64,000 nt of DNA, taken from Acutalibacteraceae bacterium. GTDB taxonomy: Bacteria > Bacillota > Clostridia > Oscillospirales > Acutalibacteraceae. Shown piece after piece: positions 11,500 to 20,460 of this stretch; the stretch's first letter is position 1; the number at the start of each line of letters is the position of its first letter. The position numbers and the translations under genes were made by a program. The notes under the pieces are model-generated. The model was not told the origin of the DNA. It made no database searches and saw only the letters and a list, made by a program, of their open reading frames with translations. The stretch spans positions 1,883 through 65,882 of the forward strand of contig JAZUHE010000067.1 of assembly GCA_045641565.1 (NCBI GenBank). Direction: 5' to 3'.

Positions 11500-11602
11500 T
11501 ACCCCTACCGTCAAAATCAGAGATTTTGCCACCTCCCCCAAGGGAGGCAACAACTTGCCAAATCCCAGTTTGTAAAACCGGAATTATGTGATATATCCAT
11601 AT

Positions 11603-11629
11603 GGGCGAACTGCGTTCGCCCGTTTTTTT
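11603..11629 (+). terminator. Orphan terminator-like hairpin
   Basis: GGGCGAAC-TGC-GTTCGCCC followed by G and a T7 run. A second hairpin with the same arms (GGGCGAAC-AAA-GTTCGCCC) lies at 11653-11671. No annotated + strand gene ends nearby. Confidence 0.5.
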
Positions 11630-11760
11630 AGATTTCCTGAAAAAGTCGCTTTCGGGCGAACAAAGTTCGCCCTTACGATGTCACGCATTATTAAACAATT
11701 AAAGGGAAAAATCACAACCTAAGGACAATTTGATGTCGGAGCCGCGACTCACCGCAAATC

Positions 11761-11801
11761 AAAAAATTACCCGCCGAAGAGGTTAATCCTTTTCAGCGGG
11801 T
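11761..11801 (-). terminator. Rho-independent terminator of the DUF4838-like gene
   Basis: On the - strand: ACCCGCTG...CGGCGGGT stem followed by AATTTTTT, about 20 nt downstream of the stop. Confidence 0.6.
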
Positions 11802-11820
11802 TTTATAATGCTGTCAGCTT

Positions 11821-13716
11821 TTACTTTGAAAGAAATCCGAAATATTCAACTAAGAAATTATAGAAGTTTACGATATACGGCTCTAAAAAATCCCAGTAGT
11901 TTTCATCAAAAAGGGTTACCCATTTTGTGGCGGGACGGAGCAGATAAAGGGACTTGCAGTCGGAAATAACTCTTGACGCGTATTCGCCCAGACGGTTGAA
12001 ATCGAATTCTATATAATCGTTATAAAGCTGCTCTCTCTGAGTCATTCGTGAATTAAGCGGACGTAAAATCGAAAATTCCTGCTTTCTGTTGCAGCATTTC
12101 CAGAATCTCCAGCAAAGCTCGGAACGCTGAATCCTTTTAAGATATGTTTCGTTTTCCGCCTGAGCCTCAGCGTTTGCCCAGAGCTCGTCACAGCGCTTTA
12201 TTTCTTTTAATGTGATACCGGGGAGCGTCTTATTCGGCTTTTGAGTGATACCCATATGAGTGGTTCTTGTTGCGGCGCGTTTTGTTGTTATATCTATAAA
12301 TTCACGGATGTTTTCCCATCCCTCGCCGTAAAACGCTTTAAGGAAGCCGTCCATTTCGGCGTCGTAATCCATATACGGGTCCTGCATAAGCTTTGAGAGA
12401 AGATACGCGCGCAGGTCGCCGAATTCGCCGTCGCACTCATTCATATAATAGTCGCCTTCAACGTAAATGCCCTTTACGTTATGCTCATAAAACATCTGCA
12501 TATTCTGCTGAAGAACGCCGAAGTTGGGGAAAATATTTGCGGTGTAGCTGTAGTTTGTGGCGTAGTCCCATATATGAATACGTTCGCAGATTTTGCTCCA
12601 GCCCTCAAGGTCTTTCATGAATGAAACATTTTCCTTGCATTTCGGGTCATCAAGAGTGTGACCGAAGCAGCACTCAATAGAGCAGATTCTGATTATGACA
12701 TTATCTTCGGGCACAACATTTGAAGGTGTATGGCGTGTGTACTGATAAGCGAATGTGTCAACGCCGATATTGTCATACCCTGCTTCTTTCACCGCGCGGG
12801 CGACGCTGTTGACGAATGTCACCATTGTGCCTGCCTGCGAGCCGTTTGCCTTGTCGAGAGCGGCGCATTCGTGGCAGGTGCAGTAGTTCTGATTATCTGC
12901 CTGTGTAAGTGAAACTATCTGAAGCGCCTGAGAGGGGTCGTGTTTTGCCTTGATAAGGTCAAGGACCTCCTGAGTGACGATTTTAAGCACGTCGGGATTT
13001 GTAAGGCAGAGCTGGTCGGGGTTACGTTTGCCGTCTCTCAGAGCAAAATATTCGGGATGTGTGTCAAAATAGACGTCTTTTGAGCAGAACTGAGAGGTGA
13101 GGGTGTGGGCAAGATTTGAAATGTAGTTTACAGTTCCGCCCTGTTCCGCTGAAAGTGAGCGGTATGTGCCGCCCGAAAGACCGTTGGCAAGAGAAAACTC
13201 AGCGTTTCTCGGGCTTAACCAGTCTGTTTCGGTGGATTCGAAAAACGGCGTATATTCGTATTTTTCGTTTGCGGGTACGCTGATTGTCTCAGATTTCGGT
13301 ATAAGTTTGACATCGCCTGTATACCAGCGGCATCCGCAATATTTCTGGAGGAAGCCGAAAACGCCGTAAATCGGTCCGCGGCTGCCGGAGCCTGTGATAT
13401 AAAGAGTGTCGCCGTCAGCTTTTACAGTGTAGCTGCCGCTTTCACCCTCTGCAGCGGTGGAAATATATATCGTTTTGCCTGAGGGAACGCTCAGAGAAGC
13501 GTTCAAGGCAAGCTCTTTGCCTGTGATTTCTTTAATGTATTTCTGCAGAGTCTGAGCGGCGTATTTTTCTGTTGCCGCGGCGTTAACTGGGATAGTGATG
13601 GTGCAGTCTGTGTCACTTCCGACAAAAACGGTGTCGCCGTCTTCAGCGGATACAGTGAACACAAGAGCACTCATTGTAAATAAAACCGCTAAAAAGATGC
13701 TGATTAATTTTTTCAT
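11821..13716 (-). CDS. Secreted protein resembling the DUF4838 family (putative glycoside hydrolase)
   Basis: Signal peptide MKKLISIFLAVLFTMSALVFTVSA. The ATG at 13716 is preceded by a GGAGG RBS. The family call is from memory of sequence patterns only. Confidence 0.55.
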   Translation of the reverse strand: MKKLISIFLAVLFTMSALVFTVSAEDGDTVFVGSDTDCTITIPVNAAATEKYAAQTLQKYIKEITGKELALNASLSVPSGKTIYISTAAEGESGSYTVKADGDTLYITGSGSRGPIYGVFGFLQKYCGCRWYTGDVKLIPKSETISVPANEKYEYTPFFESTETDWLSPRNAEFSLANGLSGGTYRSLSAEQGGTVNYISNLAHTLTSQFCSKDVYFDTHPEYFALRDGKRNPDQLCLTNPDVLKIVTQEVLDLIKAKHDPSQALQIVSLTQADNQNYCTCHECAALDKANGSQAGTMVTFVNSVARAVKEAGYDNIGVDTFAYQYTRHTPSNVVPEDNVIIRICSIECCFGHTLDDPKCKENVSFMKDLEGWSKICERIHIWDYATNYSYTANIFPNFGVLQQNMQMFYEHNVKGIYVEGDYYMNECDGEFGDLRAYLLSKLMQDPYMDYDAEMDGFLKAFYGEGWENIREFIDITTKRAATRTTHMGITQKPNKTLPGITLKEIKRCDELWANAEAQAENETYLKRIQRSELCWRFWKCCNRKQEFSILRPLNSRMTQREQLYNDYIEFDFNRLGEYASRVISDCKSLYLLRPATKWVTLFDENYWDFLEPYIVNFYNFLVEYFGFLSK

Positions 13717-13819
13717 AAAATCGCCTCCGTAAAATAATAGTATCATACAGAAGAGCAAATTTCAATAAAAACAGTTATACTTTAATTTTAAATTAAAATG
13801 ACAAATTCGCTTAAAATAC

Positions 13820-13848
13820 TTGAATAAGCTGATAAAATTGTGTATAAT
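13820..13848 (+). promoter_or_regulatory. Candidate sigma-A promoter for the aconitase-X pair
   Basis: TTGAAT, a 17-nt spacer, then TATAAT, about 125 nt upstream of the ATG at 13974. Confidence 0.5.
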
Positions 13849-13973
13849 CAATCTGTATAGCTGTTTAATATTTAACAAAGGTTTATGTTGATAATATTAT
13901 GCTGACAGAAAGTTGATTTTAGCTTTTTTAAAGCTTGCAAAATAATAAAGAATTTTTAAAGGAGGAATTCCCC

Positions 13974-15272
13974 ATGAATGAAAACTTCAGCTATAAAATG
14001 AAGCTTACAGACGAGCAGGCCGCAATTCTCCACGGCTCAAAGGGCGAAACAATGGCAAAGGTTATGCAGACCCTTGTTCTTTACGGTGACGCCTTTGAGG
14101 CAGAGAAGATGGTTCCCGTTACAAGCGAGAAAGGTCATCTTGTTACAAGCTTCGGCCTTAAGGTTATGAAGCCCGTTCACGACCTTATGGACACACTTAT
14201 CAACGGCGGCGCAATTTCCGCACAGAAATTCTCCGTTGACCCCAAACCCCTTGATCCCAACGTTCCCTCAGATTTCCTTAAGAATGTTGTATTCAACAAG
14301 TTTATGTATTCCGTTCAGGATAAGTATGACGCTCAGCTTGAAAAGCTCGGACTTATCGACAAGGATTCATATACCTGCACATGCTATATGGACGAAGTAG
14401 GCAACAAGCCCAATAAGGGCGAGGTACTCTCATGGGCAGAGTCTTCAGCTGTTGTTTACGCCAACTCCGTTCTCGGCGCGAAGTGCAACCGTAACTCAGG
14501 CATCATTGAGCTCTTCGGCTCAATCGTAGGCTGTGTTCCTTATTTCGGACTTCTCACTGACGAAGGCAGAAAGGCAACATGGATTGTTGAAGTCAAGACA
14601 AGCAAAAAGCCTGAGGCTCAGATTCTCGGCTCCGCTATCGGCATGAAGGTTATGGAAGATGTTCCCTATGTCAAGGGTCTTGACAAGTGGCTCGGCACAG
14701 AGCTTGACGGCGACACCTGCGCATACCTTAAGGATTTCGGTGCTGCTACAGCTTCAAACGGCGCTGTCGGTCTTTATCATATCGAAAATCTTACTCCCGA
14801 GGCAGTTGAGCAGGGCGAAGGCATCATCGCAGAGGGCGCAAAGGTTTATGTTATTGATGACGCTGAACTTGAAAGAGTTAAAAATAATTATCCCGTTATG
14901 TGGAAGGATAAGAACGCGGCTCCCAAGCTCTGCTTCGTAGGCTGCCCCCATCTTTCATTCAACCAGCTCGTTGAGTGGACTGAAAATGTTGCTGACGGTC
15001 TTAAGAAGAACGGTCTCAGCAAGGTTTCCGTTCCCACAGTATTCACAGCGGCTCCCGGAGTTATTGAGAAATTCAACAAGACACCCTACGCGGCTAAGCT
15101 TAAGGGTACAGGCGTTGTACTCAGCTACATCTGCCCGCTTATGTATATGAATAACCCGCTTGCAAAGTCAATGCCCGTTATCACAAACTCAAATAAGCTC
15201 AGAACATATACAACATCACGTTACTACACAAGTGATGAGATTCTTTCAATAATCACAAAGGAGGTTAAGTAA
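13974..15272 (+). CDS. Aconitase X catalytic subunit (DUF521 family)
   Basis: The N-terminus KLTDEQAAILHGSKGETMAKVMQTLVLYGDAF is typical of DUF521/AcnX. A GGAGG RBS lies before the ATG at 13974. It is directly followed by a DUF126 partner. Confidence 0.8.
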   Translation: MNENFSYKMKLTDEQAAILHGSKGETMAKVMQTLVLYGDAFEAEKMVPVTSEKGHLVTSFGLKVMKPVHDLMDTLINGGAISAQKFSVDPKPLDPNVPSDFLKNVVFNKFMYSVQDKYDAQLEKLGLIDKDSYTCTCYMDEVGNKPNKGEVLSWAESSAVVYANSVLGAKCNRNSGIIELFGSIVGCVPYFGLLTDEGRKATWIVEVKTSKKPEAQILGSAIGMKVMEDVPYVKGLDKWLGTELDGDTCAYLKDFGAATASNGAVGLYHIENLTPEAVEQGEGIIAEGAKVYVIDDAELERVKNNYPVMWKDKNAAPKLCFVGCPHLSFNQLVEWTENVADGLKKNGLSKVSVPTVFTAAPGVIEKFNKTPYAAKLKGTGVVLSYICPLMYMNNPLAKSMPVITNSNKLRTYTTSRYYTSDEILSIITKEVK

Positions 15273-15273
15273 T

Positions 15274-15738
15274 ATGAAACAGTTTAAAGGCCGTCCGGTA
15301 GTACCCGGCAAATGCACAGCTCCCGCACTTGTATCTCACGGCGGATTCAATACACTTGCCTCTTTCCAGGGCGCACTTCAGTTCGGTGATATTCCGATTT
15401 ACGGCAGCAAGTATAAGCAGACCGAATGTGATGACCAGAACAATAAGGACCTTTACCGCAAGCCCATGCTCAACAAGGCTCTCTGCCTTCCCCAGACAAT
15501 CGGCTCAACCACAGGCGGGATGATTCTTTACTGCGCGAAGGTTCTGGGCAAATGCCCCTCATGCCTTCTTTTCTCAGAGCATATTGATTCACTCGCAGCA
15601 GCCGGCGCGGCTCTCGGCGCAGTATGGGCAGACAGCCCCATGCCTGTTGTTGACTGCCTCGGTCAGGAATTCCTTGACTATGTTAAGGACGGAATGACAA
15701 TCGACATCGCAGAGGACGGAACGGTTACCGTAAGATAA
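15274..15738 (+). CDS. Aconitase X swivel-domain subunit (DUF126 family)
   Basis: 154 aa, starting 1 nt after the previous stop. The pattern GRPVVPGKCTAPALVSHGGFN is typical of DUF126. Confidence 0.8.
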   Translation: MKQFKGRPVVPGKCTAPALVSHGGFNTLASFQGALQFGDIPIYGSKYKQTECDDQNNKDLYRKPMLNKALCLPQTIGSTTGGMILYCAKVLGKCPSCLLFSEHIDSLAAAGAALGAVWADSPMPVVDCLGQEFLDYVKDGMTIDIAEDGTVTVR

Positions 15739-15802
15739 ACAAATTCGATAATTTAAGCCGCTTGAAATACAGCGGCTTAGTTCTTTTGAGAGGAATTTCA
15801 TT

Positions 15803-16465
15803 ATGCCCACGATTAAGATTGAGAATAAATCCGACGACGATATAATTATCAGCTTCTGCGGAGAGGAAAAGGAGCTTGCTGACGGAGAGAGTACTTTTTT
15901 TGAAAACAGGGAAAAGGGCGAATACGAAGTCCATGTTCACAGAAAAAGAGTGCCTAAAGAAAGCATTCTGCCCGAGGATGCGCCCAAGGGACTTGAGGCG
16001 GCAAAGGCACAGGATGAGAAGCCCGGCAGCCACGTTCAGCTTGACGCGGATATTATCTTTGATGTGAATTCCTCAAAGGCTGTGGTTAACGTCATTCAGG
16101 AGGTTAAGGGCGTGGAGACTCTCCATGAGGATGTTATATTTGTCGGATATAACGCGGATGTTTCCGGAGCTAAGCTTGTGGAGAAAAAAGACAGCTTCGC
16201 AAATGAGAAGATACGCAAGTCATATCTTTTTCAGCAGCTTAAAAGTGCCTTTCTTCCTGTTGGTCTTGTGGGAATCGCCGTCTTTATTCTCGGCGCGGTG
16301 CTTCTGATTCTTTACGCGGCGGGTGTTACGATTTCTGTAGGGAAAAATGATGTGACTCTTGTGCGGATTCTTATTCTTTTTGCAGGCGGAGTGCTTGTAG
16401 CGGGATACTTTGCCGTTAATGTGAAAAAAATACTCAAACGGGCAAAGTCCCTGAGCGGAAAATAA
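15803..16465 (+). CDS. Hypothetical membrane-anchored protein
   Basis: 220-aa ORF with two C-terminal hydrophobic helices. No recognisable domain. Confidence 0.55.
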   Translation: MPTIKIENKSDDDIIISFCGEEKELADGESTFFENREKGEYEVHVHRKRVPKESILPEDAPKGLEAAKAQDEKPGSHVQLDADIIFDVNSSKAVVNVIQEVKGVETLHEDVIFVGYNADVSGAKLVEKKDSFANEKIRKSYLFQQLKSAFLPVGLVGIAVFILGAVLLILYAAGVTISVGKNDVTLVRILILFAGGVLVAGYFAVNVKKILKRAKSLSGK

Positions 16466-16626
16466 AAAACTTTTGCACAGGGTTTTACACAAGATGTCAG
16501 TGTCGAAGCGCAATTTTAAGAGCCGTTTCCACAAGCTGTTGTGGACAGAAGATTTATCAACAACTAATTGACATTTTATTGACATGAGGGTGTGCAAAAC
16601 CCGCAAAAAAAGAGTAAAAATTCCTC

Positions 16627-16655
16627 TTGACATATGATGTTTTATACTGTATAAT
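16627..16655 (+). promoter_or_regulatory. Consensus sigma-A promoter upstream of ylxM-ffh
   Basis: Perfect TTGACA, a 17-nt spacer, then perfect TATAAT. Confidence 0.65.
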
Positions 16656-16657
16656 AA

Positions 16658-16689
16658 CTGCCTGTAAAGATTAAAAGCTTTACAGGCAG
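16658..16689 (+). promoter_or_regulatory. Leader hairpin (perfect 12-bp inverted repeat)
   Basis: CTGCCTGTAAAG (16658-16669) pairs with CTTTACAGGCAG (16678-16689), followed by TTTGCTTT. It starts 3 nt after the -10 box. Confidence 0.45.
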
Positions 16690-16690
16690 T

Positions 16691-17077
16691 TTGCTTTGGA
16701 GGTGCGTTTTTACGGCAAAGAATCTTGATGTTATAATGCTTATAGATTTGTACGGCGATATGCTTACCGAAAAGCAGCACTCCTTTTTAAGCTATTATTA
16801 TAATGATGACCTTTCCCTTTCAGAAATAGCGGCCAACGAGGGCATAACCCGCCAGGGTGTGCGTGACGCTATAAAAAGAGCGGAGACTCAGCTTTATGAT
16901 ATGGAAGAGAAGCTGGGGCTTGTTGCCAGATTTGAAAGCATGAAAAACGGACTTGAAGAGATAATGCAGTATGCGGATGAAATAGGTGAATACAACCGCA
17001 CACATACTCTTTCAAGAGAGGTCAACGACTGCACGGCAAAGATAAAGGCAGTCGCCCGAACATTAATAATGGAATAA
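16691..17077 (+). CDS. ylxM: YlxM/UPF0122 putative DNA-binding protein (SRP operon)
   Basis: LIDLYGDMLTEKQHSFLSYYYNDDLSLSEIA...GVRDAIKRAE matches the YlxM pattern, and the gene precedes ffh. The start is uncertain: TTG at 16691 or ATG at 16736. Confidence 0.85.
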   Translation: MLWRCVFTAKNLDVIMLIDLYGDMLTEKQHSFLSYYYNDDLSLSEIAANEGITRQGVRDAIKRAETQLYDMEEKLGLVARFESMKNGLEEIMQYADEIGEYNRTHTLSREVNDCTAKIKAVARTLIME

Positions 17078-17107
17078 TAATTTATATGCAACCATGGTGG
17101 TGAATTT

Positions 17108-18457
17108 ATGGCATTTGAAGGTCTTTCAGACAGACTTGAGTCAGCGTTTCAGCGCCTGAAAAGCAAGGGTTCTCTTACAGAGGCCGATGTTAATGACGCG
17201 ATGCGAGAAGTCAGAATGGCTCTGCTCGAGGCTGACGTAAACTACAAGGTTGCCAAGGATTTCACAAAAAAAGTTACCGAACGCGCTGTCGGTGAGAAGG
17301 TTATGGAAAGCCTTACACCCGCGCAGATGGTTATAAAAATCGTTAATGAAGAGCTTACAGGCCTTATGGGCGGCACAAAATCCCGCCTTGCTGTTGCGAA
17401 TCATCCGCCGACGGTGGTTATGATGTGCGGCCTTCAGGGCTCAGGTAAAACTACCCATACCGCTAAAATAGCAATGATGCTCAAGGGCCAGGGCCACAGA
17501 CCGCTTCTCGCAGCCTGCGACGTTTACCGTCCCGCGGCTATCAAACAGCTTCAGGTTGTGGGTGAGCAGGCAGGAGTTCCTGTGTTTGAGATGGGTCAGA
17601 TAGACCCGGTTACAATAGCTCAGGAAGCTATCAAGCTTGCTAAAGACCGCGGATACGATTATGTTTTCCTTGACACCGCAGGACGACTCCATATTGACGA
17701 GGTTCTTATGGAGGAGCTTAAAAATATCAAAGCAACCGTTCATCCTCACGAAATTCTTTTCGTAGTTGACGCAATGACCGGTCAGGACGCTGTTAATGTC
17801 GCGAAGACATTTGATGACGCTCTCGGTATCGACGGCGTTGTTCTCACAAAGCTTGACGGTGATACACGAGGCGGTGCCGCTCTTTCAATCAGAGCCGTTA
17901 CAGGCAAGCCTATCAAATTTATCGGTATCGGTGAAAAATTAGGCGACCTTGATGTTTTCCATCCCGACAGAATGGCGTCGAGAATCCTCGGCATGGGCGA
18001 CGTTCTTTCTCTTATCGAAAAGGCTGAGATGGCTCTTGACGAAAAGAAGGCGGAGGAGCTTGAAAAGAAGCTCAGACAGAACAAATTCGACCTTAATGAC
18101 CTGGTTGACCAGATTGACCAGATTAAGCGTCTCGGTTCTCTTAAAGATACTCTTTCCCTTATCCCGGGTCTCGGCAAGCAGATAAAGGATGTTGAGATTG
18201 ACGAAACGGCGTTTGACAAAATTAAGGCTATTATTTCATCAATGACACCTGAGGAAAGAGAGCATCCCGAAGTTATCAATCCCTCACGCAAGAGAAGGAT
18301 TGCGGCAGGCTGCGGCAGAGATGTTGAAGCGGTAAACAAGCTTCTCTCTCAGCATAAGCAGATGCAGAAAATGTTTAAGCAGATGAATTCGGCAGGCAAG
18401 AAAAGAAGAAGAAAAGGAAGACCTGACCTTTCACAGCTTAAAGGCTTTAATATTTAA
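17108..18457 (+). CDS. ffh: Signal recognition particle protein Ffh
   Basis: GLQGSGKTT, DTAGR and TKLDGD GTPase motifs, with a Met-rich M domain. Confidence 0.97.
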   Translation: MAFEGLSDRLESAFQRLKSKGSLTEADVNDAMREVRMALLEADVNYKVAKDFTKKVTERAVGEKVMESLTPAQMVIKIVNEELTGLMGGTKSRLAVANHPPTVVMMCGLQGSGKTTHTAKIAMMLKGQGHRPLLAACDVYRPAAIKQLQVVGEQAGVPVFEMGQIDPVTIAQEAIKLAKDRGYDYVFLDTAGRLHIDEVLMEELKNIKATVHPHEILFVVDAMTGQDAVNVAKTFDDALGIDGVVLTKLDGDTRGGAALSIRAVTGKPIKFIGIGEKLGDLDVFHPDRMASRILGMGDVLSLIEKAEMALDEKKAEELEKKLRQNKFDLNDLVDQIDQIKRLGSLKDTLSLIPGLGKQIKDVEIDETAFDKIKAIISSMTPEEREHPEVINPSRKRRIAAGCGRDVEAVNKLLSQHKQMQKMFKQMNSAGKKRRRKGRPDLSQLKGFNI

Positions 18458-18542
18458 TTCAACACGCTTGGCAGGTTATATTTTACGCATTGCGTGATGG
18501 ATATATAAACTAATTTATTTATTATATTTGGAGGAAACAAAA

Positions 18543-18788
18543 ATGGCAGTAAAAATCAGACTGCGCCGTATGGGCGCAAAGAAAGCACCTTTCTATCGTG
18601 TAGTAGTAGCAGACTCAAGATATCCCCGTGACGGCAGATTCATCGAGGAAATCGGCACATATGATCCCATGAAGAGCGACGATCAGATCAGCATCGACGC
18701 AGAAGCAGCTCAGAAGTGGATTGCTAACGGCGCACAGCCCACAGATACAGTTAAGGTTCTTCTTAAAAAGAGCGGTATCGTAAAATAA
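18543..18788 (+). CDS. rpsP: 30S ribosomal protein S16
   Basis: [35 protein letters not shown] lies before the ATG at 18543. Confidence 0.95.
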   Translation: MAVKIRLRRMGAKKAPFYRVVVADSRYPRDGRFIEEIGTYDPMKSDDQISIDAEAAQKWIANGAQPTDTVKVLLKKSGIVK

Positions 18789-18806
18789 TTTGAGAGGAAT
18801 TTTGCA

Positions 18807-19040
18807 ATGAAAGATTTATTGCTTTTGATTGCTCAGGGCCTCGTAAGTAATCCCGATGCGGTTAACGTTACAGTTGACGAGCCTGATGATGAGGGCGTTA
18901 CAGTTTATCATCTCAGCGTTGCGCAGGAGGATATGGGCAGAGTAATCGGCAAACAGGGCAGAATTGCAAAAGCTATCAGAGTAGTTATGCGTTCAGCCGC
19001 AAGCAGAAACGATGAAAAAATCTCAGTTGAGATAGAGTAA
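18807..19040 (+). CDS. KH-domain RNA-binding protein (YlqC-like)
   Basis: 77 aa with the GRVIGKQGRIAKAIR KH motif, in the conserved position after rpsP. Confidence 0.85.
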   Translation: MKDLLLLIAQGLVSNPDAVNVTVDEPDDEGVTVYHLSVAQEDMGRVIGKQGRIAKAIRVVMRSAASRNDEKISVEIE

Positions 19041-19048
19041 TTGTAAAA

Positions 19049-19083
19049 CGGGAGTTGCACTGCAGCTCCCGCTTTGAGTTTTT
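19049..19083 (+). terminator. Rho-independent terminator
   Basis: CGGGAGTTGCA-C-TGCAGCTCCCG hairpin followed by CTTTGAGTTTTT. Confidence 0.75.
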
Positions 19084-19094
19084 GAGGTGGAAAA

Positions 19095-19937
19095 ATGAAC
19101 GGTGTTATTGATGTAGGAGGAGGCCTGCGCGGAATTTACGGCGCGGGTGTTTTTGACCGATGCCTTGATGATAATGTGTATTTTGACTGCTGCATAGGCG
19201 TGTCGGCCGGCAGCGCGAATACGGCATCTTTTTTGGCGGGGCAGAAAGGCAGAAATTTTCTTTTTTATCACGATTACGCATTCAGAAAAGAATATATGAG
19301 CTTCAGAAATCTGATTAAAACAGGTTCATATATCGGCCTTGACTATGTTTACGGTACGCTGACAAATACAGGCGGCGAAAACCCCATAAATTATGAGAAC
19401 ATACGGGCGTATAACGGAGTTTACAATGTAGTTTCCACTGACGCTGAGACAGGGGAGCCTGTGTATTTTACAAAAGACAATCTTTCTCTTGATAATTACA
19501 GAATTTTCAATGCTTCGTCATGTATTCCCATAGTCTGCAGGCCTGTTGAAATCGACGGCAGAAAGTTTTATGACGGCGGTGTTGCTGACCCTGTTCCCGT
19601 TGACAGAGCTGTTGAGCTCGGATGTGAAAAAATCGTGCTGATTCTTACGCGTCCGCTTAATGAAAAAAAGAAGCAGGGCGCAGACGCGAAGGCGGCGGCT
19701 GTAATGAAAAAGAAAAATCCGAAGATTACGGCAAAGCTTCTTGAAAGAGCGGAACTATATAACAGCTCAGTTGAAAAAGCGAAGAAGCTTCAGAAAGAAG
19801 GCAGATGTCTTATTATTGCGCCTGATGACTGCTGCGGAATAACAACCCTTTCAAAGAACGCTGAAAATCTTGAAAAGCTATATAAAAAAGGGTATAATGA
19901 CGGCGGAAAAATCAAAGAGTTTATAAATATAAGGTGA
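19095..19937 (+). CDS. Patatin-like phospholipase
   Basis: GGGLRG oxyanion motif, GVSAGS (GxSxG) nucleophile elbow, and a DGG catalytic Asp motif. Confidence 0.85.
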   Translation: MNGVIDVGGGLRGIYGAGVFDRCLDDNVYFDCCIGVSAGSANTASFLAGQKGRNFLFYHDYAFRKEYMSFRNLIKTGSYIGLDYVYGTLTNTGGENPINYENIRAYNGVYNVVSTDAETGEPVYFTKDNLSLDNYRIFNASSCIPIVCRPVEIDGRKFYDGGVADPVPVDRAVELGCEKIVLILTRPLNEKKKQGADAKAAAVMKKKNPKITAKLLERAELYNSSVEKAKKLQKEGRCLIIAPDDCCGITTLSKNAENLEKLYKKGYNDGGKIKEFINIR

Positions 19938-19941
19938 TACT

Positions 19942-20460
19942 ATGATTAAAGAATATCTTGAGGTCGGTCAGATTGTGGGTACTCACGGTGTCAGAGGCGA
20001 AGTCCGTGTTAATCCGTGGTGTGACAGCCCCGAATTTATCAAGCAGTTTAAAACTTTATATTATGATAAAAACGGTCAGAAGAGCGTTAAGGTGCTCGCC
20101 TGCCGTCCTCACGGAAACGTAGCGCTTTTAAAGCTTGACGGAATCGAAACAGTTGAGGCTGCGTCAGCTATGAGAAATAAGATTCTTTATATGAAAAGAA
20201 GCGACGCAAAAATCAGCGAGGGCTCTTATTTCATAGCGGAGCTGTGCGATTGTACGGTGGTTGACGCTGACAATGAGAGTAAGGTTTACGGAATTCTTAC
20301 AGATGTAACCGAGACAGGCGCCAATGATGTATGGTATATCACCAGAGACGGTAAAGAGTATCTTATTCCCGCTATCCCCGATGTGGTGGTAAATGTTGAC
20401 GTTGTCGCGGGAATAATAAAGATAAGACCGCTGAAAGGGATTTTTGAAGATGAGGATTGA
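19942..20460 (+). CDS. rimM: 16S rRNA processing protein RimM
   Basis: The pattern VGQIVGTHGVRGEVRV is typical of RimM, and the gene precedes trmD. Confidence 0.92.
   Translation: MIKEYLEVGQIVGTHGVRGEVRVNPWCDSPEFIKQFKTLYYDKNGQKSVKVLACRPHGNVALLKLDGIETVEAASAMRNKILYMKRSDAKISEGSYFIAELCDCTVVDADNESKVYGILTDVTETGANDVWYITRDGKEYLIPAIPDVVVNVDVVAGIIKIRPLKGIFEDED

Noticed and set aside
16220-16780. 186-aa - strand ORF
   Set aside because: It overlaps the 3' end of the membrane-protein gene, the consensus promoter and the ylxM start. Its Lys/Arg-rich translation is implausible.
17782-18339. 185-aa ORF on the - strand inside ffh. The same reasoning applies to 8628-9281 inside glnS, 61506-62126 inside the GH38 gene and 364-783 inside infB.
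   Set aside because: These are shadow ORFs opposite confidently identified conserved genes.
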